DNA from: Verrucomicrobiaceae bacterium
Lineage (GTDB): Bacteria; Verrucomicrobiota; Verrucomicrobiia; Verrucomicrobiales; Akkermansiaceae
DNA: 64,000 nt
Reading direction: 5' to 3'
Assembly (NCBI GenBank): GCA_051252135.1
Contig: JBPOGH010000002.1
Coordinates: 192,001-256,000, forward strand
The notes under the pieces were generated by a model that made no database searches, was not told the origin of the DNA, and saw only the letters and a list, made by a program, of their open reading frames with translations. A program made the position numbers and the translations under genes. This document shows positions 9,900 to 19,776 of the stretch, one piece after another; the stretch's first letter is position 1, and every line of letters begins with the position of its first letter.

Positions 9900-10068
9900 T
9901 GTGAGTTGGGGATGAGGTGGCGAGGGTTTGCAGGCGGATGGGAGTTTGAGCGGATCGCTGTTGGGCTTTTCGCTTTTTTTAGCGAGCTTGCGGCTCGGGT
10001 AGTTTTATGGGGCCTGGTTGTGGGGGCTTTGGGTTGTGGAAGGGGCGGGGGTCTGCTTTTCTTGGGGG

Positions 10069-11031
10069 ATGAGAATTGGGTTATGTTTGGTTCCTCCGGT
10101 GTTGTTGGCGGTGGTGGCGTTGGCACAGGCGAAGTGGACGACGGTGGAGCCAAAGGGGCCTCCTTTTAAGCGGCATGAGCATGCGTTTGTGAAGGTGGGG
10201 GAGAAGTTTTATGCGCTGGGCGGGCGGCGGGTGCAGCCGGTGGATGTGTTTGATCCGAAGACGGAGGTGTGGTCGATGGGGAAGCGTCCGCCGCTTGAGC
10301 TGCACCATTTTCAGGCGTTGGAGTATGAGGGGAAGGTGTTGGTGGCGGGAGCGTTTACGGGGCGGTTTCCGGGTGAGACGCCGGTGGAGAATTTTTACTT
10401 TTACGATCCGGCGACGGATGGGTGGAGTGAGGGGCCGGAGATTCCGGAGGACCGGCGACGTGGGTCATCGGGGGCTTTTTTGAAGGATGGGAAGTTGTAT
10501 TTGGTTTGTGGGTTGAGGGATGGTCACCGCTCGGGGTGGGTGCCTTGGTTTGATGAGTATGACTTTGAGAGCAAGAGGTGGCGGAGGTTGCCGGATGCGC
10601 CGCGGGCGCGGGATCATTTTCAGGCGGTGTTGATCGGTGGGAAGCTGGTGTTGGCGGGGGGGCGTCGATCGGGTGAGGGCGGGAAGGTGTTTACTTCGGT
10701 GATCAAGGAGGTGGATGTTTATGATTTCGAGACGGGGGTTTGGGAGACTATGGCGGAGGGGATTCCGACGCCGCGGGCGGGGACGATGTCGCTGGCTTTG
10801 GGCGAGGAAGTTTTGGTGATTGGAGGGGAGAGTGAGCGGAAGAAGGCGCATTCCGAGGTGGAGGCGCTGAATGTGGCGACGGGGGAGTGGCGTGATTTAC
10901 CGGCGTTGCCGGTGGGGCGTCATGCGACGCAGCCAATTCTCCACGAGGGGTCGATTTATCTGCAGGCGGGATCGGTGACTCGCGGGGGGACGGAGACGAG
11001 TTCGATGTTGCGGCTGCCGCTGGCGGAGTAG
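10069..11031 (+). CDS. Secreted Kelch-repeat beta-propeller protein
   Basis: Six repeats of the ..GG....V..YD....W pattern; signal peptide from MRIGLCL. Confidence 0.88.
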   Translation: MRIGLCLVPPVLLAVVALAQAKWTTVEPKGPPFKRHEHAFVKVGEKFYALGGRRVQPVDVFDPKTEVWSMGKRPPLELHHFQALEYEGKVLVAGAFTGRFPGETPVENFYFYDPATDGWSEGPEIPEDRRRGSSGAFLKDGKLYLVCGLRDGHRSGWVPWFDEYDFESKRWRRLPDAPRARDHFQAVLIGGKLVLAGGRRSGEGGKVFTSVIKEVDVYDFETGVWETMAEGIPTPRAGTMSLALGEEVLVIGGESERKKAHSEVEALNVATGEWRDLPALPVGRHATQPILHEGSIYLQAGSVTRGGTETSSMLRLPLAE

Positions 11032-11037
11032 TTTTTT

Positions 11038-11859
11038 TTAGACTGGCTGGCAGGTGGGGCACCAGGCGGTGGTGCGGGTGGCGATGGTGTCGCGGGCGAG
11101 GTCGGTCCGGCAGGCGGGACAGGTGCCGCCTTTTTTCCAACGGTGTTGGAAGAGCCAGTTTTTGGGTGGGACCTGGGCGACGTAGGATCCGGGGGCGAAG
11201 CCGTCGGTTGAGGCGGTTTCGTTTTTATCGGCGACGTGTTTGAGGGCGCCGAGGGTGACGAAGCGGATGGCTTTGCGGACGGCGGAGGGATCGAGCGGGC
11301 CGGAGGGGACGGCGGGGTGGAGGCCGAGCTTCCAGCAGATTTCATCGGCCATCCAGTTGCCGATGCCGGGGCAGATGGCTTGATCGAGGAGGAGGGCCTT
11401 GAGGGGTTTTTTGTGATGCCGCTCGAGTTTTTTCCGAAGGTAGACGGTGGTGAATCGGGCGTCGTGTGGCTGGGGTGGGAGTTCGGACCAGGGGTCGGGG
11501 AGGTCGTGCATCATGATGCGGCCGAACATGCGGTAGTCGTTGAAGATGAGGGCGGTTTTGGGGGTGCGGAGGATAAGGTGGTCGTGTTTGGCGACGGGGT
11601 GGTCGGGGGTGTCGACGGAGAGTTTTCCGGACATGCCGAGGTGGACTTCGAGGTGGAGGGTGGGTCCGAAGGTGAAGAGCATGCGCTTGCCATGGGCGCG
11701 GGAGGAGAGGAGTTTTTTGCCTTTGAGGATGCGAAGGGCGGGTGCGGGGCAGTCGCGGAAGATGCGGGCCTTGGGGTGGGTGTCGACGGCGGTGATGTTT
11801 TGGCCGTGAGAGGCGGCCCATTGGCGACGGGCGAGTTCGACTTCGGCGAGTTCGGGCAT
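11038..11859 (-). CDS. Fpg/Nei-family DNA glycosylase/AP lyase
   Basis: N-terminal MPELAEVE, HGK, HLGMSG, H2TH GIGNWMADE, C-terminal CPAC...CPTCQ zinc finger. Confidence 0.92.
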   Translation of the reverse strand: MPELAEVELARRQWAASHGQNITAVDTHPKARIFRDCPAPALRILKGKKLLSSRAHGKRMLFTFGPTLHLEVHLGMSGKLSVDTPDHPVAKHDHLILRTPKTALIFNDYRMFGRIMMHDLPDPWSELPPQPHDARFTTVYLRKKLERHHKKPLKALLLDQAICPGIGNWMADEICWKLGLHPAVPSGPLDPSAVRKAIRFVTLGALKHVADKNETASTDGFAPGSYVAQVPPKNWLFQHRWKKGGTCPACRTDLARDTIATRTTAWCPTCQPV

Positions 11860-11866
11860 GGGCTTG

Positions 11867-11908
11867 AACGTTGAACGCGCAGCGCTGAACGTCCAACGTC
11901 GAAGTTGG
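11867..11908. repeat. Degenerate heptamer tandem array (AACGYYS-like, 6 units)
   Basis: AACGTTG AACGCGC AGCGCTG AACGTCC AACGTCG AAGTTGG. Confidence 0.7.
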
Positions 11909-11988
11909 GGAATTTTTGGGATGGAGGCTGAAAGTTGGGTTGGGGGAGTTTGCGACGCTACAAAAGGATGCGGGAAATTTGTACGCAC

Positions 11989-12018
11989 AAAAGCCATCGA
12001 GAGGAGGCTCTCGATGGC
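11989..12018 (-). terminator. Intrinsic terminator downstream of the bS22-like gene
   Basis: Perfect 11-bp stem GCCATCGAGAG/CTCTCGATGGC, 4-nt loop, followed by TTTTGT on the minus strand. Confidence 0.75.
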
Positions 12019-12086
12019 GGAAATTTTAGACGGCTTTAATAAGCCTCTCAGCGGCACAATTGGGGCTCGCGACCAGTCCTGTATGA

Positions 12087-12191
12087 CTAGGACTTGTAGC
12101 GGAGGCGCTTCTTGTGGCGATTAGCCTTCATGCGCTTGCGGCGCTTGTGCTTGCTGATCTTGGTCTTACGACGCTTTTTAAGGTTACCCAT
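12087..12191 (-). CDS. 34-aa basic protein, bS22/AURKAIP1/COX24 (mS38) ribosomal family
   Basis: Manual translation [34 protein letters not shown]; matches the family pattern MG...KKRR....KHK..K.....R.K; below the ORF-track size cutoff. Confidence 0.88.
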   Translation of the reverse strand: MGNLKKRRKTKISKHKRRKRMKANRHKKRLRYKS

Positions 12192-12261
12192 GGTAATCTG
12201 GTGTCAGTGTGGTTGATGGTTTGGTCAGGAGACCGCGGTTCCGAGGAAATTGATGTTCGTC

Positions 12262-13137
12262 CTAGAGGACGATCTTGTTGAGGGGGTATTCGATGATGCC
12301 CTCTGCGCCAAGATCTTTTAGGTCTGGAATGAGGGATCGTGCGACGCTTTCGCAAATGATGGTCTCGACAGCGACCCAGTCGTCATCGGCGAGGCGCGAG
12401 ACAGTGGGTCGGCGGAGAGAGGGCAAACGTTCGAGGACGGCGTCGAGAGATTTTGCGGGAAGGTTGAGTTTGAGGCCGACTTTATCGCGGGCTTCAAGGG
12501 CACCTTTGATCATCATGACCATGCGCTCCATCTTTTCGCGCTTCCATTCGTCTGCAAAGGCAGCCTTGCTGGAGTAGAAGTGGGGGAAGGAGCTGAGGAG
12601 TTCATCGACGATGCGCAGTTTGTTGGCGCGGAGTGAGGAGCCGGTCTCGGTGACATCGACGATGGCATCGACGAGGTCAGGGACTTTGACTTCGGTGGCT
12701 CCCCAGGAGAATTCTACTTTGGCGGTAACGCCTTTTTCCGCGAGGTAGCGGTTGGTGATGCCGATGCCCTCGGTGGCGATGTGCTTCCCTTCGAGGTCTT
12801 GCACGGTTTTGATGGGGGAATCCTCGGGAACGACGAGCACCCAACGGGTGGGGCGCACGGTGGCGCGGGAGTAGGGAAGCTCGGCGAGGTCGACGAGATC
12901 GACTCCGTTCTCGTAGGCCCAATCGAATCCGGTGATGCCGCAGTCGATAAAGCCCTGGTCGATGTAACGGGCGATCTCCTGGGCGCGGATCATGTAGATA
13001 TCCAACGAGTCATCGTCGGATGAGGGGCGGAGGCCACGATCCGAGGTGTAGATGTTGTACCCGGCCTTTTCGAGGAGCCGAAGGGTCGGTTCCTGGAGGC
13101 TTCCTTTCGGGAGGGCGATTTTGAGTTGGTTGGACAC
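12262..13137 (-). CDS. hisG: ATP phosphoribosyltransferase, long form
   Basis: IALPKGSL, DCGITGFD, WGATEVK, DAIVDVTETGSSLRAN, C-terminal regulatory domain. Confidence 0.97.
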   Translation of the reverse strand: MSNQLKIALPKGSLQEPTLRLLEKAGYNIYTSDRGLRPSSDDDSLDIYMIRAQEIARYIDQGFIDCGITGFDWAYENGVDLVDLAELPYSRATVRPTRWVLVVPEDSPIKTVQDLEGKHIATEGIGITNRYLAEKGVTAKVEFSWGATEVKVPDLVDAIVDVTETGSSLRANKLRIVDELLSSFPHFYSSKAAFADEWKREKMERMVMMIKGALEARDKVGLKLNLPAKSLDAVLERLPSLRRPTVSRLADDDWVAVETIICESVARSLIPDLKDLGAEGIIEYPLNKIVL

Positions 13138-13219
13138 GAGCGGGGCGGGGATTTAAACGGGGAAGGCGTGGGACGCAAGAACTTTGATGCGGCAAGGGGA
13201 GATCGTGAATTGCGATCCC

Positions 13220-14938
13220 TTAGCGCTCTGCCTTTATAATCAGGTTTCTCAAAGCAGCGGCGTCTTTGGCCAGATCCTCACGTTCGGACATCTCTGCGAC
13301 GGTGAAGGGCATCCGGATACGCCAATTTTTGCCACCCAAGGTTCCGGGGATATTGAAGCGTTCGGTCATTCCGTAGATGTCGGTGATCATGAGAGCGGCG
13401 TAGCGTGAGTTGCAATCGACCAGGGCTTTGAGGAGGGCGATTTTGACTTTTTCATCGAAGGGACGGTAGCTGACTCCGTCATCGGGAAGGGTCAAATCAG
13501 AGAATTCGCTGAGAATTCTCAGGTTCCACAGTGCTCCCACGCGCTCGTCTTCGTCATGACTTTCAATATTCGCACGGAATTCCTCCCACATTCCAGCGAT
13601 GGAAGGATGATCGTGGGTTGCGTAGGTAGCAAAGGAGCAGCGTAAATACTGTGCTCCGGGGATGGGGTGTTCCAGGCCGTCTTCGCCATGGAAGGCTTCC
13701 CAGTGGCAGATTTTGAATCCGGCGATCCCGACTTTTTCGAGGTGGGGGCGGACGTAATGAGGCACCGCTCCAAGGTCCTCGCCGACGACTTCGCCATCAC
13801 CGGCGGCCTCTTGAACCGCTTTGAGGTATTTGTCGCCGCACTTGAGGTTATGGGCACAGTGTTCTTCGGTATCATCGGGGAAGGGCTTGAAGCCGGGGAG
13901 TCTGCCTCCGGTGCGTGCAGCGGCTTCCTCTTCGTTGAGGGGGAGGAATTCCGCGTTGCGTTGCGGCCGCCATGGGAAGGAGTAGATCCGGTAGAATCCG
14001 AGGATATGATCGATCCGGAAGATGTGGAAAACGTCTGTGAGTTTATCGATGCGTCGTCGCCACCAGGCGAAGTTGTCCTTTTCCATCAGGTCCCAACGGT
14101 AGGCGGGAATCCCCCAGTTCTGCCCCCATTTTTGGGTAAAGGCGTCATCTTTAAAGACGGTTTCGGGTGGAGCTCCGCCGCACCATTCCAAATCAAAACC
14201 TTCGCGTTCGAAAAAGACATCGGCGCTGTAGTAGGAGATGCCGATCGGGATGTCGCCCATGAGTTTGACTCCTTTTGCGCCTGATTCCTCGCGCAAGGCC
14301 CGCCATTGGGAAAAGGCGATCCACTGAACCCAGGCGTAGTAGCGCAAGCGGTTCTCAACCCGGGCCTTTTCTCGCCCGCGCTTCTTATCAATCCAATCGT
14401 GTGCGGCTTTCTGGCCTTGATAATTGATGCTCCAGAGGTCCCAGGTTTCCCGTCCACCCTCTTCGTCCATCAAGAGGCGGAAGCGGGTGTAGTTTTCCAG
14501 CCATCCTTTTTCGGCCGCACAGAAAGCGGAAAAATCAGCGTTTTCACCCCCTGCGTCGACAAACTTTACATAACCCTCCTCAAGCAACTCCCGCTTGATC
14601 CGTTTTGCCTCCTCGTAGTTCACAAGGTCGCCCTTGAGGAGTTCCTCACTCAAGCTTTCGCGAACTTCGGCAACTCTTGACGAGCCGATCTCCGGCACGG
14701 AGGAGAGATCGATCAGACTTGGTTCCAGCGCTACCGAGCTGATGGCATTGTATGGCGAATGATCCGCTCCGGTTTCATTGATTGGAAGGAGTTGGAGAAA
14801 CCTTACTCCGTGGGCTGCGGCCCAATCGACCAACTCGCGAAGGCCTTTCACGTCCCCCATCCCCAGATCGTTTCCGTGTCGCAGGCTGGTTACGGGAGCC
14901 AAGACTCCGGCAACTTTGTCATTCGTTTCGCTCATCAT
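13220..14938 (-). CDS. malQ: 4-alpha-glucanotransferase (GH77 amylomaltase)
   Basis: QLLPIN, SPY, GDIPIG, GAPP, QNWG.P, RIDH, GEDLG, THD, NIPG; start approximate. Confidence 0.93.
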   Translation of the reverse strand: MMSETNDKVAGVLAPVTSLRHGNDLGMGDVKGLRELVDWAAAHGVRFLQLLPINETGADHSPYNAISSVALEPSLIDLSSVPEIGSSRVAEVRESLSEELLKGDLVNYEEAKRIKRELLEEGYVKFVDAGGENADFSAFCAAEKGWLENYTRFRLLMDEEGGRETWDLWSINYQGQKAAHDWIDKKRGREKARVENRLRYYAWVQWIAFSQWRALREESGAKGVKLMGDIPIGISYYSADVFFEREGFDLEWCGGAPPETVFKDDAFTQKWGQNWGIPAYRWDLMEKDNFAWWRRRIDKLTDVFHIFRIDHILGFYRIYSFPWRPQRNAEFLPLNEEEAAARTGGRLPGFKPFPDDTEEHCAHNLKCGDKYLKAVQEAAGDGEVVGEDLGAVPHYVRPHLEKVGIAGFKICHWEAFHGEDGLEHPIPGAQYLRCSFATYATHDHPSIAGMWEEFRANIESHDEDERVGALWNLRILSEFSDLTLPDDGVSYRPFDEKVKIALLKALVDCNSRYAALMITDIYGMTERFNIPGTLGGKNWRIRMPFTVAEMSEREDLAKDAAALRNLIIKAER

Positions 14939-15044
14939 CGGTTGAAGGTTGGAAAGCTGACTAAGGTTTACCATATCTCAATGCTGAATCGGAGAATCGG
15001 CACCTTTTTTGCTTTCAGATACGTGGTTGATTCCCTGAGGAAGC

Positions 15045-15109
15045 AATTGGAGGGCCAATTAAGTTGGTTCATGGTATTGATTGGGATTTGGACATTCACC
15101 AATCCCAAT
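15045..15109. promoter_or_regulatory. Candidate operator palindromes in the divergent malQ/PEPCK promoter region
   Basis: AATTGG-AGGG-CCAATT (15045-15060) and ATTGGGATTTGG-N7-CCAATCCCAAT (15080-15109). Confidence 0.45.
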
Positions 15110-15167
15110 TAATTGATTAGGGTCCCATTGACACCTCGTCTTAATCTTTTTCCAGCAAGAACGACCA

Positions 15168-16994
15168 ATGACCACACACCCCGCCCTCACCAAATGGATT
15201 GATAAAATGACCGCTCTTTGTGAGCCCAAAGCAGTCCATTGGTGTGATGGGTCGGATGCAGAGTGGAAGGAGATGACCGATCTACTTGTGGAAAGCGGGA
15301 CCTTCATCCGGCTCAATCCCGAGATTCGCCCCAATTCGTTTCTGGCCCGCTCTTCTCCCGGAGACGTGGCCCGTGTCGAGGATCGAACGTTTATTTGCAC
15401 CAAGCGTCCTGATGAAGCCGGCCCTACCAATAACTGGGCTGAATCGGCCGAGATGCTTGCGCTCATGCATGAAAAATTCACCGGGTGCATGAAGGGGCGC
15501 ACCATGTATGTGATTCCCTTTTGTATGGGGCCGATTGATTCTCCGCTCGCCAAGATCGGGGTGCAAGTCACCGATTCTCCTTACGTTGTCGCGAACATGA
15601 AGATCATGACGAACATGGGCGCTTCCGTCTTGAAGCGGCTTGAGGATGAAAAAAGCGGAGCGGCTCCGGCCAAGCGTCATGGGCACACCTTTTTCATCCC
15701 GTGTGCGCACTCCGCCGGGATGCCGCTGGAGCCCGGGCAGGAAGACATTCCGTGGCCGTGCAATGATGACAAGTACATCTGCCATTTCCCCGAATCGCGG
15801 GAAATCTGGTCATACGGTTCCGGATACGGCGGGAACGCCCTTCTCGGGAAAAAGTGTCTCGCGCTGCGTATCGCTTCCAATATTGCCCGTGAGCACAACT
15901 GGATGGCGGAGCACATGCTGATTCTCGGTCTGGAATCCCCCGATGGCGAAAAGACCTATGTCTCAGCCGCCTTTCCTTCCGCTTGTGGCAAGACGAATCT
16001 TGCCATGCTCGTTCCTCCCAAAAAATACGTCGAGGCCGGCTGGAAGACCACGATCATTGGTGACGACATTGCCTGGCTCTGGCCGCACGAAGACGGAACG
16101 CTCCATGCCATCAACCCGGAAGCGGGATACTTCGGTGTCGCCCCGGGCACTTCATACGACACGAATCCCATCGCGATGGACTCGATGAAGGAGAACTGCA
16201 TTTTTACGAATGTGGCCCTCACCGATGACGGCGATGTCTGGTGGGAAGGCAAGAGCAAGGAGGCCCCGGCTCATCTGATTGATTGGCAGGGCAATGACTG
16301 GACTCCTGAGAACGAGAAGCCGGCGGCGCATCCCAATGCCCGCTTCACTGCTCCCGCATCCCAGTGCCCGACGATTGATCCCGAATGGCAGAACCCGGAT
16401 GGAGTTTCAATTTCGGGAATTATTTTCGGCGGCCGCCGCCCCTCCACGATGCCTCTTATCTATCAGGCTTTCAACTGGTCCCACGGAGTCTACATCGGGG
16501 CAACGATGGGTTCGGAAGTCACGGCTGCGGCCATTGGGCTAAAGGCGGGAGTTCGCCGCGATCCCTTTGCGATGCTGCCTTTCACCGGATACAATATGGG
16601 CGATTACTTCAGCCACTGGTTAAACATTAGAAACCAGATCAAGCACCTTCCCCGTATCTTCCATGTGAACTGGTTCCGGACCGATGAGGACGGAAAGTTT
16701 CTCTGGCCTGGCTTCGGTGATAACATGAGGGTTTTGGAATGGGTCGTGAACCGTTGCAAGGGGAGCGCAGCAGGCCATGAGACTCCCATCGGCTGGATTC
16801 CGCACTTTAAGGATTTTGATACCACGGAGCTGGGTGGATTTACCGAGCAGGATTTTGACAAGGTGATGGCCTACCATCCGGAGGAATGGAAAAACGAACT
16901 CCTTTCCCAGGGGGAGCTTTTCCTGAAGCTCTACGACCATCTTCCCAAGGAGCTCGTCTTCCAGCGCGAACTCCTCGCGGCCCGGCTTTCGTAG
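15168..16994 (+). CDS. pckG: Phosphoenolpyruvate carboxykinase (GTP)
   Basis: [53 protein letters not shown]. Confidence 0.97.
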   Translation: MTTHPALTKWIDKMTALCEPKAVHWCDGSDAEWKEMTDLLVESGTFIRLNPEIRPNSFLARSSPGDVARVEDRTFICTKRPDEAGPTNNWAESAEMLALMHEKFTGCMKGRTMYVIPFCMGPIDSPLAKIGVQVTDSPYVVANMKIMTNMGASVLKRLEDEKSGAAPAKRHGHTFFIPCAHSAGMPLEPGQEDIPWPCNDDKYICHFPESREIWSYGSGYGGNALLGKKCLALRIASNIAREHNWMAEHMLILGLESPDGEKTYVSAAFPSACGKTNLAMLVPPKKYVEAGWKTTIIGDDIAWLWPHEDGTLHAINPEAGYFGVAPGTSYDTNPIAMDSMKENCIFTNVALTDDGDVWWEGKSKEAPAHLIDWQGNDWTPENEKPAAHPNARFTAPASQCPTIDPEWQNPDGVSISGIIFGGRRPSTMPLIYQAFNWSHGVYIGATMGSEVTAAAIGLKAGVRRDPFAMLPFTGYNMGDYFSHWLNIRNQIKHLPRIFHVNWFRTDEDGKFLWPGFGDNMRVLEWVVNRCKGSAAGHETPIGWIPHFKDFDTTELGGFTEQDFDKVMAYHPEEWKNELLSQGELFLKLYDHLPKELVFQRELLAARLS

Positions 16995-17006
16995 TCTGTA
17001 ACGGGC

Positions 17007-17756
17007 ATGAACCTCTCGCACGAGCATCCCCTGATCCATTCGGCCACCGGGAGTCTGCCGATCATTCTCATTGCGTCTCACGGAGGGACCCGGGAAGTTT
17101 CCGGGGTTCCACTTCGAAAAGGAGAAGGCATTCGACTTTTTAATCCTCGCGGGGATGCGTGGACCTTTTCGCTGACTCAAAAGCTGGCCTGTGAAATTGA
17201 GAAACGGGCGGGGCATCGTCCCTATGTTGTGGCTGCGAGATTTCATCGGAAGTACATTGATGCCAACCGTCCTCCGGAATTGGCCTATGAAGTGGATGGT
17301 GCGAAGCCCGTCTATGGGGCGTTTCATGACGAGCTGAACCGAGTTGGGAAGGAAGTGAGCAAGCGATGGGGGAGCGGGGTCATTCTCGACATCCACGGTC
17401 AGGGTGCGGAAGCGGATGTCATTTTTCGCGGGACGAGGGACGGGGGAACCACAAGCCATCTCGTTGGGAAATATGGAGAGGAGGCATTGACCGGAGAGAC
17501 CAGTTTGTTTGGCGAACTTGCGAAGCAGGGTTTTGTTGTCGATCCGGCTGTCGGGAGCTCCAATCGGGAAAATTTTGACTACAACGGCGGGTATATTGTG
17601 ACCAGCTACGGGAAGGGAACACTGGATGCCATTCAGTTGGAGTTGGGCGTCAATTTGCGACAACTTAAGAATCAGGATGTCACTGCGCAAAAGTTGGCCT
17701 CTGCCATTCAGAACTTCGCGGTTGGATATTTGCCGGCGGTGGAGATTCAGGACTGA
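17007..17756 (+). CDS. N-formylglutamate amidohydrolase-like protein
   Basis: SHGG, IDANR, LDIHG, YNGGYI, AIQLE motifs. Confidence 0.75.
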   Translation: MNLSHEHPLIHSATGSLPIILIASHGGTREVSGVPLRKGEGIRLFNPRGDAWTFSLTQKLACEIEKRAGHRPYVVAARFHRKYIDANRPPELAYEVDGAKPVYGAFHDELNRVGKEVSKRWGSGVILDIHGQGAEADVIFRGTRDGGTTSHLVGKYGEEALTGETSLFGELAKQGFVVDPAVGSSNRENFDYNGGYIVTSYGKGTLDAIQLELGVNLRQLKNQDVTAQKLASAIQNFAVGYLPAVEIQD

Positions 17757-17826
17757 TTTCCTCGCGACTTGAGGCATCAGAAATCATTTCGAGAGAAACC
17801 GCCAAAAGTCGGCGTAAAGGAATCAC

Positions 17827-19422
17827 ATGAAAGCTTTCTTGTGTCTTATTTTTGGGGTTTCTGCGGTTTTTGGGGAGGAGGTGAAACCGCAATCTCCGCC
17901 GAATATTGTGTTCATTCTCGCCGATGATTTAGGGATCATGGACATCGCGGCGTATGCCACGCATTTCACCGGGAAGGACAAGAAGGACCTTTTTTACGAA
18001 ACACCAAACCTCGATGCACTTGTCGGGCGGGGGATTTCCTTTTCCCAGGCTTATGCGAATCAGCTGTGCTCGCCCACCCGTGCTGCGATTATGACCGGCC
18101 GTATTGCATCCCGCCTGGGGGTGACAACCGCTACGCCGAATCGTGCGACCTATTTTAATCAGGCGTTGCCGGTGCCGGAGGGGAAATCTCCCCATGATGT
18201 TCTTGAGCACAAGGATCCCATCAAAGAACCCCAAGCCTGGATCAACGGTTCCACAAACACCGCTCTCGATCCGGCCTTGCCGACCTTGCCCAAAGTTCTC
18301 GCCACGCACGACAGCGCGTTTTTGGGAAAATGGCATCTCGGGGGGCATGGTGCCTTAAATCGGCAGCCGGCGGCCCATGGATTTGAGGAACTCGATTACG
18401 CTGATGTGGGTGGATCGAACTATTTCAAGTGGGCTCCGGGATGGAATCGGCCCCAACCCTTCTTTGGGACCCAGCCAAAAGGCACCTTCCGGATTGGAAA
18501 GGCCAGCCTCCCTGAGCAGGCGGAGTATCTTACCGATGATCTGACGGCCCGCGCGGTTCAATATTTGAAGACGCGGGCCAAGAATCCCGGTAAACCGTTC
18601 TTCCTCTACTTCAATCAATTCGCCGTGCACACCCCGATCCAGGCACCGGACTCCACGATCGCACAATTTTCCGATAAAGCTCAAAAGGGAACCGGAGGCC
18701 ATGACAACGCGATTTATGCAGCGATGCTGAAGCATCTGGATGATTCGGTGGGTGCCATCATGAGGACCCTGGAGGAGACCGGCCTTTCCGAAAACACGCT
18801 GCTGGTATTCACCTCGGACAACGGAGGGGTGGAATACACCAATCCGGCGGCGACAGACAACGCACCCTTCAAAGGAGGGAAGGCCTGTTTGTATGAAGGT
18901 GGGGTTCGCGTTCCCCTTGTGTACTATCAGCCGGGTAAGTTTGAAGGCGGGGTGTGGTGTGATACGCCGGTTGATTGTACGGACTTTCTGCCGACCCTCG
19001 CGGCGCTCACCGGGAATGAGATTCCTGAGTCCATTGATGGGAAAAGCACGGTCCCTTTGCTTCTCAATCCCGCTGCAAAACAATCCGGGCGCACGCTTAT
19101 CTGGCATTATCCTTTCAATGTGATTGTGCGTCATCCTGACAACGGCCTTCCCTTGACGCCTCACTCTGCGATCCGGGTCGGCGATCACAAGTTGATCTGG
19201 GACTGGCATGGCAAGCTGGAGCTTTATGATATTCCGGCCGATCCGTATGAGCGAAATGACCTTTCGAAGATCAGGCCAGAACTGACCGACAATCTCTTTA
19301 TGGAGCTAAAAGGATGGCTTCAGGAAAATGTCGCCGAGCACTATTTTCCAACTCCCAATCCGGATTACGATGCCGAGGCGGATACCCGGAAGTATCCTTA
19401 CCGTAATTTGTTTGGGGAATAG
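17827..19422 (+). CDS. Formylglycine-dependent (S1) sulfatase, secreted
   Basis: PNIVFILADDLG, CSPTRAAIMTG, GKWHLG, FTSDNGG, LYEGGVRVP. Confidence 0.95.
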   Translation: MKAFLCLIFGVSAVFGEEVKPQSPPNIVFILADDLGIMDIAAYATHFTGKDKKDLFYETPNLDALVGRGISFSQAYANQLCSPTRAAIMTGRIASRLGVTTATPNRATYFNQALPVPEGKSPHDVLEHKDPIKEPQAWINGSTNTALDPALPTLPKVLATHDSAFLGKWHLGGHGALNRQPAAHGFEELDYADVGGSNYFKWAPGWNRPQPFFGTQPKGTFRIGKASLPEQAEYLTDDLTARAVQYLKTRAKNPGKPFFLYFNQFAVHTPIQAPDSTIAQFSDKAQKGTGGHDNAIYAAMLKHLDDSVGAIMRTLEETGLSENTLLVFTSDNGGVEYTNPAATDNAPFKGGKACLYEGGVRVPLVYYQPGKFEGGVWCDTPVDCTDFLPTLAALTGNEIPESIDGKSTVPLLLNPAAKQSGRTLIWHYPFNVIVRHPDNGLPLTPHSAIRVGDHKLIWDWHGKLELYDIPADPYERNDLSKIRPELTDNLFMELKGWLQENVAEHYFPTPNPDYDAEADTRKYPYRNLFGE

Positions 19423-19484
19423 GGCTGGTGCCCGGGGGATTTGTTTGTCATCGCTAAACAAGAACGGGTTGCCTACACCGATCC

Positions 19485-19673
19485 ATGAAGTTGGCTGAAG
19501 GACAGATATGGAAGCTCGAAGAGCGCTGCGTGTTGATCGTGGCCTGGGAGCGTCTTGCGATTGAGTATCAGGAACTGGAGACTCCGGAGGCGACGGAAGG
19601 CGAGATTCATCGCGTGACCAAGAAGGAGTTTTGCCGGCTCGTAAAACATGCCGAATTGGTTGGGCAGCGATGA
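19485..19673 (+). CDS. Small hypothetical protein (62 aa)
   Basis: ATG-start ORF filling an intergenic gap, protein-like composition and host-like codons. Confidence 0.6.
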   Translation: MKLAEGQIWKLEERCVLIVAWERLAIEYQELETPEATEGEIHRVTKKEFCRLVKHAELVGQR

Positions 19674-19776
19674 GTTGCCAGAGATTCCCTGCGGTGTTCA
19701 TTCGCCGGGAAAGGACTGCTGATTTCGATGCTCGCAGAGTAGATCGCTTTGGGTGATTCTGGGGGCCTATCGATTG

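Noticed and set aside
9900..10068. ORFs 9906-10169 and 9854-10153
   Set aside because: Low-complexity products overlapping the Kelch gene start; more likely intergenic sequence
13183..13195. 13-mer TTTGATGCGGCAA also at about 53095-53107
   Set aside because: Short match in different contexts; chance cannot be excluded
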